In this document: in pieces, positions 1-12,800 of the stretch | Layout: every line of letters starts with the position of its first letter | Numbering within the stretch: the stretch's first letter is position 1 | Assembly (NCBI RefSeq): GCF_000281045.1 | Contig: NW_008246106.1 | Coordinates: forward strand, 473,288-531,331 | Reading direction: 5' to 3' | DNA from: Saprolegnia diclina VS20 | Taxonomy: Eukaryota | Length of the DNA: 58,044 bases | The notes under the pieces: generated by a model | What the model was told of the DNA's origin: nothing | What the model saw: the letters and a program-made list of their open reading frames with translations, nothing else | Databases searched by the model: none | Translations under genes and position numbers: made by a program

Positions 1-222
1 CTTCTTGCCCTCGGAGCCGCGAAAGTCGAACGTCTTGTTGAGCACAATGACCCGAGGCGCGGCATCTTGGAGGTACGCCTTGAGCTCGTTGATGTTCTTG
101 GGGTACACAGGCGCCGCGTTGCCGCCGCCCGTGACGCCGGCGGCCAAGCCAGGCGCATTGGCGCCAAAGACGAGATCCGAGGCAAAAGCGAGGAGCGCAA
201 GCGGAAGGTACGAGAGCTTCAT
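1..222 (-). CDS. Secreted pectin/pectate lyase (PL1), 5' part; runs off the window
   Basis: Manual translation from ATG at 222: [72 protein letters not shown]. Signal peptide plus the GxxxGVTGGG..VYP..EL..YL.D..PRVIVL.KTFDF.GSEG N-terminus typical of fungal/oomycete pectin lyases. Confidence 0.85.
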   Translation of the reverse strand, partial: MKLSYLPLALLAFASDLVFGANAPGLAAGVTGGGNAAPVYPKNINELKAYLQDAAPRVIVLNKTFDFRGSEGKK

Positions 223-1364
223 GGTTGGTTGGGTTGGTGTCGAAGACGATTGAAAAGTGCGTTGGGATCTGGAGTGGCAACGATCGCAGACAGGCCACTA
301 CTGCGCGTAGCAGCTGGTAACTACGAAGCATGCTCGAGACAGATGCTGTGGCACCACGCATTTAGAATGTTTGCGCCCAAAGCCACGTCCAGATCCGAGC
401 AATAGTCCTTTGAAAAGTATGGGGAATCTCTGGCAATCGGGTTCCCTCTTGATGGACGTTCTTGACACTATTTTGCTTTGAGTTTCGTGCTCGCTTGGGA
501 ACGGTACGTACGCGTGTCGGCGACGCACTGGGATATTTTCCTTTTGATAGTGTCTGTATGACTGCCACACAGAACTTTCAACTTTTGCTTTGTTTGGTGC
601 TTCCCGGCATCTAAGTTGGCCGTAGTCATTATACTGTAGTATCGCCAAGACGCCCAACGCGTGCACAGACATCCTGTCCAGACTCGTCGTTACGTCTTGG
701 TTCGAGGTGGTCAGCTGTACGTGGCAGCAGAGAAGCGCCGCTCGTCCATGGCACCGCGCCGGTGTAACCAAGCCAAGTTGCCCGGCACAGTGGTAGAGAG
801 ATCCCGCAGAGTCCGGAGCAAAGCGTCATGTATCTATATTGATCCTATGAGATATAACAGGTGCTGTACACATTGCTCTAGTATTTCCGTGTGGTACTGC
901 AACCAGATGTCTCAAATTACGATCCAGATGGCATTCGCTACGTCAAGGTGGTCGGTCCACGTTACCAGAACGCACGGATGCCAGCCATTTACAATGACAG
1001 TGCAACAAACTGCTAGGGTATTTGAATACAGTAAGTCTTGCTATGAGTACGCAGTTGTTACGTTACAAACGACTGTCTGTGGCATACGCACCATCTCTTG
1101 CCGCCGGCCGCGTTGTTGTCGTGCTGTCAAAGCGTCGTCGGCGTTGTGCCTCCTCCTTGCGTCTCCTTCAGCCTGAGTGCAGCGCCGACTGCGTGACTGC
1201 ATGGCCTTGGAATTCGGCTCAGCTCCATGGTCCTTGGACTCGACCAAGCGCTAAACACTGCTTGTTACCTGCGCATGTCCGTGCCAGTGCTTGGCACCGC
1301 TTCCGAAATAGACAGACAATGTGTACACACATGTAGATGTATTCAAAATTGCTCGGTGCAGTGT

Positions 1365-4300
1365 CTACGGCTTGATCGCGGCCATCATGACCATGAGCTC
1401 TTCGAGCTTGCGGCGCATCACGTCGATCTGATCGGCGGCGGCGCCACCCTTGGCGTCCACTTGGCTCAAACACGCGAGGAGTTCGCTGGCCTTGGGCTCT
1501 TCCAGCTTGTCGGCAGTCGCCTCGCTGATTGCGTCGTCAAAGATGGTCGCGATCGCCGCACCCGTCGACACAATGTCGTCGTGCAAATCGGCTTGGTGCG
1601 CGAGCTGGTACGCCAGCACGCAGCGGAGGTGCTGAGGCTCGTCAGTGTCCGGCGTCCAGACGTCGTGGAGCGCCTTGTCCATGTCCGACAAGGTCTTGCG
1701 CACGATCTTCTGGTACTTTTGCAGCAGCGCGACGCGGTCCTGCTGGCCGCGGCACTTGGCCGCGTCTTCAAAATGGCGCACGAGCTTGGCGCGCGCGATG
1801 CCCGCATGCTGGAGCTCGTTGGCCAGAATCGTCTTGGCCGGCAGCTTGGTAAAGTGCTCGACGTGCGCAATGCCGTGAAAGAACACGTCGAACGCCGTGA
1901 GGACAGCCGTCTGCAGCTCGTTGGACTTGGCTTTCCACGACTCGGTCGCGTCAATGTGGTTCTGGATCATCTCTTCTTGCTCCGGCGTGACCTTGAGGAG
2001 CGCCTTCTGGACCGGCTCGGTGAAGATTGGGTTGAGCACGCTCGGGGCGAGGTGCATGAGCACGACGTTCTCTTCCGTGCTGTAGTTCATGCTGAGCTCG
2101 AGGCGCAGAATGGCCTGCGCATAACTCGCAAGCGCCTCCGTGTGCGCGCGCTCGAGGCCGCCGTCGACCGTCTTGTTCATCGAGGCCATGAGGAGGTTCA
2201 TGAGGATGATGGCGACCGCGGCCGCGTGGAACATCATGAGAAAGACCGTAAAGAGGTACAAGAAGTGCTCGCCGCTCTTCTCAAAGCTCGTAAACGACCC
2301 GAGCGAGTCGGTCGGGAGGTTGCCAAAGAGGATAAAGTACGTCGTGTAGAACGACTGCGCGAGGCTCCCGAACGCATCGTCGTCGCGGCCCGTAAAGATC
2401 TGGTAGTAAGTGATCGTGATGCCGACTTGGAAGACCGCGAGGAGGATGAAGAAGTTCCAAATGTCGCCCATGAGGTTCGAGATCATCGGGAGGAGGTAGC
2501 TGGCGGTCGGGACGACCTCGAGAAACTGGATCGAGAGCAGCCAGAGGAAGATCGTGAGGAAGCCGCCAAAGCCGATCGGAATCGGGAGGGCCATGGCGCC
2601 AAAGATACCGAGCTTCATGGGTACGTAGAACGCGACGATCGTGAGGTACACAAACAGCTGCGCGCAGTTGGTCAAGTCGCCAAAGTACTTGAAGCCCAAC
2701 GCCTTGAACTCTTGCGCTTCGGCCAAGATAAAGTAGAGTGCGGAGGCGGCGAGCACGCAGTTGTTGAAGAACGGGAAAAACGACTTGATGCCGAGCACGA
2801 GAACCGTCGCCAACGCCAGCATCGAGAATCCCACCGTAAGCACGAGCGTCGCAATGAACAAACGCTTCTTGGCCGTCTCCTTGTAGCTCGGCAGGTCCGG
2901 AATCACAAGCGTCGGCTCGAACGCGAGGCTGCCGTCGTACCCAAAGCGCGCGAGCCGCCAGAGCGCGCGTGGGCGGAGCCACTGCACCATGACAAACGAT
3001 GTTGCGGCAAAGACGACCGCGACGACGCCGACGACGAGGCAAAAGTCGACTGGATTGACGATCGTCTTCTCCGCTTTGATCGAGTCTTTGTCGAAGAGGA
3101 TCGACGAGATCGTCATCGTGAGGAGGAGGAGCCCGTACATGATGAGGTTCTCGAGGTACTTGCGCTGCGCAAAGAGCTCCCACTTGATCTGGATCACGCG
3201 GCGCATGACCACGTGCTCGAGACACTCGGTCTTTGCTTCAAAAATCAGGTCCTCGTCGTCCGTCTTCATGTTGAGGACCGAGTAGAGCGCGCTGCTCCGG
3301 ACCTTCTCGCCATAGACCTCGCCCATCTAATTCACGTCCTGTTAGACACCTGTCATATCGGGACGACGCAATTACGTTGGCGAAATGCACCGAGTGACGG
3401 TCCATCGTCACGCAGTCGTTGAGAAACGTGCGGCCGAGCACGGGCGAGCAGTTGATGGCCTTGGCAAAACCGTTGCCGTTGAACGCGTCAATCACGTTGA
3501 GGTCGACGAGGGAGCTCGCGAGCTTCTCGCGGTACTGCACCGACGTCTCGCGCTCGTGGTCTTCCTTGAGGATCAGGGTCTTGATCTTGGCTTGCTCGGA
3601 CGCGCTTTGCTCCTTCTTCGTCACGCCCTTGCCCTTGGGCACGTTCGTTGCGAGCCACTGGTCGAGCAGCTTCACAACTGTCATGCCGTCCTAAATAGCA
3701 ACATTAGATCGTAAAAGAAAACGGTGTCCGAGCGTACGTCGTCTTCGACATCGATATCGGCCAAGCCGTTGAGGAGGAGCAGCACGATCTTGGTGTGGCC
3801 CGCAACCGCCGCCACCATGAGCGGCGTCTGCCCCGCGTGGTTCATCGTATCGACGTCCGCGTCATTCTTGAGGAGGCAGTCGACGTGGTCCTCCAAGCCC
3901 ATACGTGCCGCGTGAAAGAGAGGCGACTCCTTGTTCTACACCCATGTGTTCATATGAGCTTGTAGGATATGAACGCAGTACCTTGTCCATGGCGTGGACG
4001 ACATGGAGGTCTTCGTCGATGAGCTCCTGCACAATGGGCACCGGCAGCTTGTGCAACACGGCCACGTGCATCGCCGACCGCTCGGCCTACAGACACACGT
4101 CGTCTCGTGCTCGATCCACATGTCGCAACGTACCGCCTTGTGCTCTTCGGCCTCGGCCAAGGTCTTGACGCGCGCAATGTAGTAGAGCGGGTACTTCTTC
4201 TTGAGGTCCGCCTTGGCGCGCAAATACATCAAGCACTTGCCTTCGCCGACAAGCCCCAGCTGGTTTTTGCGGAAATTCTGCAGACAATAATGGTCTAAGC

Positions 4301-6782
4301 GTTGCCACAAGCGATGCGTCATCGGTACCTGGTAATCGGTGTGGGCGGGCGTCACCATCTTGGTCGGGTCGGCGCCAGCGTCGAGGAGCAGCTTGACCAT
4401 TTTCAAGTTGGACTTGTTGGCTGCGAGCAAGAGCGGAAACTCGCCTTCGGACGTGCAGAGATCCCGGTCAAAATGCGGCTGGCGCTGCAGGAGCGCAAAG
4501 AGCTCGGTCTTGCCGTTCTCGCAAATGTGGTGCAGAATCGACTTGCCCTACTCCCGACATGTCGCATCGCCCGACACAAGATGGCCACGACGTACGTGCT
4601 CGTCGTGCTTGTGCAGAATGCTCGGCGTCAGCGGCTCCTTCAAATACCCTTCAATGTCTTCCCAGCTGCTGTTTTGGGCGAGCGCAGGCAAGCTCACTTC
4701 CTCGACCGTCTTTTCACAGTCGCCAAAGCACTTTTGGTGCTTCTTCTCGAACGCCATGCGCTTGGGCTACAGCGCACAACATGTGAGTCCTTGACCGACC
4801 TCATAACGCAGTTGTACGATCGAGCGGGCATCCACGACGAGGCCACCGATGCTGCAGAGCACTTCAATGCATTCGAACGTGTCGTCGTTGGTCTTCTTCT
4901 CCACGTTGCGCTTGCACACGAGCTTGCGGCTCAGCGCGTGGTCGAGCGCCGTCTTGCCCGCCTACATCGCACGTTATGCCACCATTTCCTGAAGAGACCA
5001 TGATCGTACGTGGTCTGTCTTGGAAAGCCAGTCGCGCTTGTAGTACGGCAGGAGGATGTGCAGCATCTTGGGGTGACCTTCCATCGCCGCGCACATGATG
5101 GCGGTCCGGCCATCTTCGTCGTCCTTGTTGATCTCGTCGGCGATGCGCTCGAGCGACTCTTCGAGCTCGACCCGCTTGTCTTCGATCCAGTCGTCCGTGA
5201 TCTCTTCGTTGAGCGACGGATCCGCACACTCGACGCATGCGGCATGCTCCACCGGTATCAGCACCTTGCACTGCGTGCACGGCCAGAGCGGCGGCTGAAA
5301 CTCAATTGGGCCCTCCGAGTTGCCAGCCTCGTACGTCCCCGTAAAGAGGCGCGTGTCCGGGTCAAAGCTGCCGTTGTACTCGACGCGCTGGCTGTAGTAC
5401 GCCTTGAACATCTCAATGCCGTCGTCGTCGCGCCACGACCCCGAGATCGTGTACGGGCCATTCGCGTCCGTGCCGGCGCCCACAAATCGGTACTTGACGT
5501 ACTCCTTCTCGGCCGGCACGACAAAGGCCGTGACCGTAAAGCTCGCGTCCGACCAGACGCCGCCTTGGCTGTACTTGCCCTTCCACTCGGACCCGGCCGC
5601 GAGCGCATCGGCGTTGATGTGCTCGAGCCACGACCGCAGCGTCACCTCGTCGCCGTTGCGGACCATGCAGTGGATCGGAAAGTTGACGCGGAACGCAATC
5701 TCCTTTTCAATCTGCTTGCGCAGCGCATCGGTGGCACACACGTCCAAGATGCTGTGGCCATCCTAAGGAAGCACGCATCATCGATCGTGATCTCAGAGCA
5801 TTCGAGGTCGTACGTTGTCCTTAATGTCGAGGTTGGCGCACGCCATCGCCAATGCGTCGACGACCTGGCGCGCGTTCTCGGGCTCCTCGCACGACGAGAC
5901 GACCGCGTGCATCGGCGTCGCGCCGCCCTACCCAGCAGTTGAACGTCAGGACAGGACAGTATGGCAACATCCAGTCGTACCGCCGTGAGCTTGTTGACGA
6001 ACGCGCCGTTCCGAAGCAAGATCGAAACGCCAAGTACGTTGCCGTGGGCCGCGGCCTTGTGCAGCGGCGTCTCGCCGTGCTCGTTGGCAAAGTCGACGCG
6101 CGCGCCGCGGTCCAACAGCATCTGGAGCACCTCGTTGTGCTCATACGCGGCCGCAATGTGCAGCGTCGTCGAGCCATACTACGCGACAGTCCGCTGCATC
6201 TTGCAACATTGATGCATGTATGTCTACCTCGTCCGTGGCCGAGAGGTCGATCCCGTGGATGTGGTCGAGAAGCACCTTGACCGTCCGCTTGAAGTTGTTG
6301 TACACAGCGTAGTAGATGGGCGTGTACGTATACTACGATCGCTTCATGAGCTCGACGATCGAGGGGAGGCGAAGCGACGACTACGTACGTCGGGCAGCAG
6401 CTTGTAGTTGGTCTTCTGCAAGACAAGGCCGACGACCTTGTGGTTGCCGTACAGGGCAGCCGCCGAGAGGATGTTGAGGTCCATCTACCCAGCCGGTATG
6501 AGCCACCGAACGCATGCGGAGGCGCAAGCGTACCGTGACGGCCAGCAAGTCGTCTTCCTCGATCGTCTCGGTCTGGAGGCGCTTCAAGAGGGGCACCATG
6601 TTGCCTTCGATGAGGAGGTCGACCATGTACGTCTCGCTGTAGTCCATCTCGTCGTCGTCCTCGTCGTCGTCGTCCTCGTCGTCGTCCTTGGCCTTGCTCT
6701 GGAGCTGCGCCATGAGGTCCTTCGGGCTCATGACCTTGAACGAGCTGCGGGTATCCCCCGCCGGGCTCTGCATCGTCGACAT
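1365..6782 (-). CDS. Ankyrin-repeat TRP-like cation channel, paralogue 1 (multi-exon)
   Basis: Ankyrin repeats in upstream exons (GETPLHKAA, GRTAIMCAA, GQTPLMVAA). Last exon 1365-3326 has pre-S1 LEHVVMRRVIQIKWELF, pore/S6 FGSLAQSFYTTYFILFG..ILMNLLMASM and TRP-box-like ALASYAQAILRLE. Probable ATG at 6782, followed by an acidic tract. Confidence 0.85.
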
Positions 6783-7503
6783 GCTTCGCAGCCGCCAAAA
6801 TGGAAATGCGAAAATTTCCATCTACCTCGAGCACTGCGCTCAATTTGCATAATTTTTCGTGCAATACACTTGGTGTTTGTATGTGCACCTCCACAATCCT
6901 ACGACGCGGCTGATTGAGTATTCGGAAAGTGTGAAAATATGCAAATACACGGCCGACCATTGTGTTCTAACGTTCGATTGGCCGAAATCCGAAGCTCGAA
7001 GCTGCATCGAATGAAATTTAGACCAATCAGAGGGCATGGTTTAAAGGGCAAACTGCACTGCATTGAAGTCCACTGTGGCGACCGTCGGTCCGCCACCCAC
7101 CGCCACACGTCCAAGCTCCTCGGAGCTGTCGCCGGCTACTGTAGTAGCCACCGCGGTACACGAGTAGCCAGCCATTCCTTCGGGAAGGCAATGCAAATGC
7201 ACCGAATTCCTGCCGACCGCGAGCACAATGGCGGTGTTGAAGTTGCCGTCGCGCCACATGGCTTGCTATTTCGAAGCTGCCCGCACCACGTGATATCACT
7301 TCCAGGTGATCGCCTCCATGATACTCCTGCACGACAGCCTCCACCAGTGGAGCTGGTTGAAGTGAGTCCATCTATACTTACCAGGAGCCCACCCAGGACG
7401 GGCTGGTCCGATGCCCTGCACTCGGAAGGCTTGCGGTCCTCTCGCATGTGACCTTTGTTGCAGATTGTGGTGGTGTCGGACAGAAGAGACATGTAATTCC
7501 AAG

Positions 7504-9344
7504 TTACAGATCGCGGTCCGAAGCGTCCAAGAGCTGCTCGGTGCTCGCACTTGCTTCGGCTACCTCGCGCCGACTCAGCGCGCGGCGTAAGACGGTGGCG
7601 TCAGCGACCAGCAAGCAGAGACCGAGGACGACGCCGCAGGCACTGAGCACGACAAATACATTGGCGACCGACGGCAGGTAGTGCTGCTGGCGGCTGTACA
7701 CATGTGCCACAATCAACGGCACGGTCGCAAGGCCCACGTTCTAGCGCAAGGTATCACCAACTGCACGTATACCATCACTCGCAAGGATACTACCGAGAGG
7801 GATGTGATGGCACCAAACGCAGTGCTCACGTAGCGCGGTGGCACGACGACTACCGTCACATGAGCCATGCGCTAGCCGCAGTCAAAATGGTCGTACATGG
7901 AATCGCCGACCACATGGCTGCGGCAAATAAGCTCTGCCCGATCCCAGAGAGGGTCAAGGCGAGAGCGACATCGCTGGTCGTGTAGCGCACGAGCACATGG
8001 CCCGCCGCAATCGCCACGTCGGCGACGAGACCCAAGCTCGCGCGCGCCCCAAGACCGTCCACGAGGCTGCCGCTGAGCGGCGAAAAGACGGCCGACACGA
8101 GCGGCGTGATGGCCATCATCGCTGTCGCTTTGGCGGTCGCGTCGATCTTTTTGCTGCAGTAGATGTGGGTCAGTGGCCCGTGGCGCCACGCCGTTGCATC
8201 GCAGTTGATTTGGTCGTCCTGGAGGTACGGTGGGCCTTTCTTGCACTTGAACTGGTCGAACGCCGAGACGATCGAACAGTTGGCCGCGAGCTGCGGCAGC
8301 GGCCATGCAAAGGGCGGCGACATTGGGCACGATGGTGCGAGCGTCTCGCAGGTGTGGTTGAGGTACGCGCCGAGGCCGCAGCGGCGGCAGTCGATAGGCG
8401 GCTCGATAAAGTAGTTGCGCTCGAGGAGAACACTGCCCGCGACGTTCGCGAATGGCCCCGTGCACGCATTTATCACAATGTAGAGGACCGCAATGAGCCA
8501 AAACCCAAGGCTACATCGACTGCACTCCACAACAAATAAGAACTGAGAGTGGTTACCTGAAACGGCGTAGGTCCCAAAGACGCACAGGTGCAGCTGGTGA
8601 CGCCCTCTCGAATGGCAGCGTCGACTCGAGACGTACCAAGAGGATCGTTGCACAGAGTGAGAAGACGCACACAAAGCTGCCGACCCAAAGAGCAAAGGTC
8701 ACGTCAAAGGCCGCTGCGATCCACGGACTCAGCACGTCGTTAAGGAGCGTTCCGAGCGTCGCAACGCAGTTGTTGATGCCAATCGCAAAGCCTATGCCAC
8801 CGTGTCGACAGTCAACGTGCCACTAGTCTACGCACCAAGCTCCATGGGGCTGAACCAGTGAGTCACAAATGTGGTCTGGGCTACCCACATTGTCTCGCCG
8901 CCCAGACCAAAGAGGACACGACCGGCCTAGACTCGCATCAGCACACATCATAGTATCGAGGATGTACGAGCAGGAGGTAGATGTTTTCAAACGAGCTCCC
9001 GAGCGCCGTCACGACTTGACCCGCAAGAATGAGCGACGCCAGTACGAGCGCCATGAACGAGACGCCGTACGTGTCGATAAGGACGCCGCCAAAGAAGGGC
9101 AAGAGGACGTTGGGCACCGAGTAGAGACTGTAGCTGAGGTTCTACCTTGGCAATTTGTGAAATGGAAAGGAAATGCATCGCGTACAAAGTAGACTTCAAA
9201 CTCGGCGCGCGGGATAGTACGGCCAAAGTGTTGCTGCAGCTGCGTCTTCAGCGCGCCAGGGTTGTCGTAGCAGTACGTGCTCCCGAGGACGAAGAGGCTC
9301 GAGAGCGCGAGGACGCTGCGTCGCTGCCACGCCGACCCACGCAT
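7504..9344 (-). CDS. MFS transporter, MFSD1-like, paralogue 1 (multi-exon)
   Basis: GSTYCYDNPGALKTQL, YSVPNVLLPFFGGVLID.YG, FGLGGE and MWSAIP motifs spread over short-intron-separated exons; stop at 7504. Confidence 0.8.
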
Positions 9345-9844
9345 ATCTGGCCTTTCTTGCGGTATCTTGAGCTCAAACTTCGAATCGATGGCTTCGAACT
9401 TCGATTTCACGCCGGGCCACAGCGGGCCAGTCGGCTCGGTACGTTAAAAAATGAAAGCGCCGAAACTGCGTCCATAGATAAAGGGCACTAGAGGGAGCAT
9501 AATAGACTAGGTCTCGTCGCTGGAAACAGCCTACAACGAGAGATATGTGTATTGCGGCGTCATGAAATGCGCCGTATGGATTGGTGGATATCTACATATT
9601 TTTAGCCAATCAAATTTTCTTTGCACTTCGCAACTCAAAAAGTGCAACCTGGTGAGCTCGGCGCTGGTCGACGAACGTTCACGTATGCCTCCCGTCCGCA
9701 TTGCATTGAGCTTGACAAAAAAGCCCACCCTGAAGCGTTCAGCGAATTTTCATGCCTCCACACAATACTGGCAACAGAACACGACCAATATCATTGTTGA
9801 ACGTGTCGCGTGCAGCGTTAGGCTAGTGTTGCTGACGTTGGCGC

Positions 9845-12800
9845 TCACGATGACCCATCGCGGCTCAAAAGGGAGAGCATTGCAGTCACCGTCGTCAGTT
9901 GACCCGTTATCGACTGCAACTCGACCGACATGGTAGCGTTCTGTTTCGTCACTGCTTCTAATTTGGCTTCCATCGCGGTGTTGTGGCTCGTCACTGCTTC
10001 CAACTTGTTCGTCACCGTTTCCAGCTGCGCCGCCATCGCAGCAATCTGCTGGGTCGGACTTGTCGCTGCGTCGTGCAAAGCTCCACCCTCTATCTTGCGC
10101 TCGTTGGTGGTTGCCCTGTCGTTGTCGTCGCATTCGGGCGTTGCTGGGACTTCCTTGGAGACAGCTGCCATGATGGCCGCAGTCATTTTGGTGAGTACAT
10201 CGTCGAGCGTCGAGTGTTGGTTGAGCTGAAAGAGAAGCATGCACTGGTCGTGGCTGTCCATGTCGTCGAAGTCGTCACTGCGTCGCCAGAGAGTCCGCAG
10301 CTTCGCCGTGTACAATCGAAGCACCTTGGCCGACCGCTCCCGTAACTTGNNNNNNNNNNNNNNNNNNNNNNNNNNNNNNNNNNNNNNNNNNNNNNNNNNN
10401 NNNNNNNNNNNNNNNNNNNNNNNNNNNNNNNNNNNNNNNNNNNNNNNNNNNNNNNNNNNNNNNNNNNNNNNNNNNNNNNNNNNNTGCTTGATCCACGCTG
10501 CGCGGTTCGTGGTTGCCTCTACTAAAGCGTCGACTTGGTCTCTCGAGAGGCCCAGCTTCGTCTTGGGCACGCGCTCGGTAAAGATGCGGTGGAGCGCCAT
10601 CTTGCCGTCGTTATCGACAACGTGTGTGAAGTGCTCGACGTCTTTCTCACTCAGGTTCATCGTGATCTCCAAGCGGAGAATGCACCGCGCGTAGCTGATC
10701 AGTGCTTGTGTTCTCGCCTTCTCCAGGCCGCTCGTCACCGTCTGGTTCATCATGGCCAGAAGCACGTTGAGGAGGATGACGACGACGATGGCCGAGTGCG
10801 CCATCATGAGGATCGCGAGCCCCGTGTACATGGTGGATGCGTAGCTGTCGCTGCCGTCACCGTAGGCCTGTAGCGCGTCGAGAGGGACTTGGCCAAACGT
10901 GACAAAGTACGTCGACATGAACGACTGACCGAGAGAGCTGAACGCGGCGTCGGGCTCGAGCACAAAGAGCTGGTAGAAGATGAGCGTCAAGCCAATTTGG
11001 AAAATGCCAAAAATGAGGAAAAAATTCCAAACGTCCCCAAAGAGGCGCGCCATCATCGGGAGAAGGTAGCTGGCCGACGAGACGACCTCCAAGAACTGCA
11101 ACGAGAGGACCCAGAGCACCAAATTGAGGATGGCGCCGACGCCGACCTGCACGATGTCGGCCGTAGGAATCCAGTTGAGTTTCATGGGCACGAAGAGGCC
11201 GAGGATGAGACCGTAGTTGACCAGTTGCACGACGTTGATGGTCGCCGAAAAGTACTGACGTCGGTCGCCGTGCATCTCTTGGACCTCGTTGATGATAAAG
11301 TACGAGGCCGTCAACCCCAGGAGTACGTGGTTGAACGTCGCATACCAGGATCCCATCGCAAGCGCGTCCGCAGCGCGCAGCAACGGGACAGCTGTCACAA
11401 CCGTGCCAAAAATCACTAGCAGCGCCAGGTGCAGGCGCAGACGAGACGGCCAAAAACGATAATACTCGAATCGAGCAAAGTACGTCCGTGGCCGGAGACC
11501 CTGCGCGGCTACGTAGCCAACCGCCGTGAAACAAAGCGTCGTGAGGCTGATGCCGTAGCTTGTCGATGACGGCGGCGCGTCACCAAAGAGAATGGACGAG
11601 ATCGTCATCGTCACCAGTAGTAAGAGGTGCATGAGGAGGCGCTCGACATACATGCGCCGGCCAAAGAGCTCCCACTTGATCTCGAGAAGCCGACGGAACA
11701 CAGCATGCTCCAAACAAAGTTTTTGAGCCGCAAACGTCTCGTCCGCGTCCTTGAGATTCAGATTGAGGATCGTGTAGAGCGGACTCTCCTTGGCGTTGGT
11801 GCCGTAGACCACGCGTAGCTACCGAATCTCAATGGCGTTCGAAATAAAGACAATGTGTACATTGAAAAACGAAATGTCGTGGCGGTTCATGGAGACACAG
11901 TCGTTGAGATACGTCTGGACAAGCGCCGCGCTGCACGAAATGGCTTTGAGAAACGTATTCTTGGTAAAGGCGTCGTTGACCCTCAGCGTGACCATGCGCA
12001 CTGCCCGTCGATGCAGAAATGCTTTCGAGTCATTGCGCACTGCCCCCTCTCGTGTGAAGAGGACCCAGACCTCGATGCCATAGACGAATCTCCCACTACG
12101 GAAAAAGACCTACGATCATCGTTCGTGACCTTCCAACTCGTTAGGAGACGAATACCTCTCCCGCTGGCAAGTCGTCGAGGTGCTCCATCAATAGCTCAAT
12201 TAGCTCTAGCTTGCCCTGCTCGGCCGCAAACATGAGTGGCGACCGATCGTTCTACCCAAGATTGTCGATCAATTTCCGAGACAATGCAATGGGAAATACC
12301 TTGTCACAAAGTTCGGCATCGGCGCCCTTTGTGAGGAGGCACTTGACGTGGTCCATCGAGCCGTTCTTGACTGCGATAAGGAGTGCCGTCTCGCCGTTCT
12401 ACGTGGCAAACTCAATTGAATGGCATTTGCTCAAAAGGTGATACATCGTTGCGCGCGTCCATGTCGACGTCGTCGGTCTCGAGTAGCTTTTCCACAATCG
12501 AAAGGGGCGAGGCTTTTCGAACCGCGACGTGCAGTGGGGTTTCTTTGGCCTAAAGGGAAGAGGAATATAGTTGAATGACTATGAAATTTACTTTGCGTAC
12601 CCCGATGCAGCGTTCAGCCTCGGTGACGTTGGCGAGACGCACGAGGTAGTACGCTGGGTAACGATGCTCGAGCTCCCAGCTGTCCAAAGCGAGATTCTCG
12701 CTCGCGGTAGCACCTTTGCGCATCTTGCAAATCCGTGCCTAACACAACCTGTATATCGTCGGCGTACTCGTATCGAATTACCGCAAAGTAGGCGTCGTAA

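Noticed and set aside
1227..3422. 731-aa plus-strand ORF, and similar long antisense ORFs (27695-29767, 41406-42728, 44257-45630, 23477-24790, 55456-56604)
   Set aside because: They mirror well-supported genes on the opposite strand; strong GC3 codon bias removes antisense stops, and the translations show no recognisable motifs.
7027..7492. Short ORFs between the TRP and MFS genes, one faintly Tudor-like
   Set aside because: Weak codon bias, no consistent frame or splice model.
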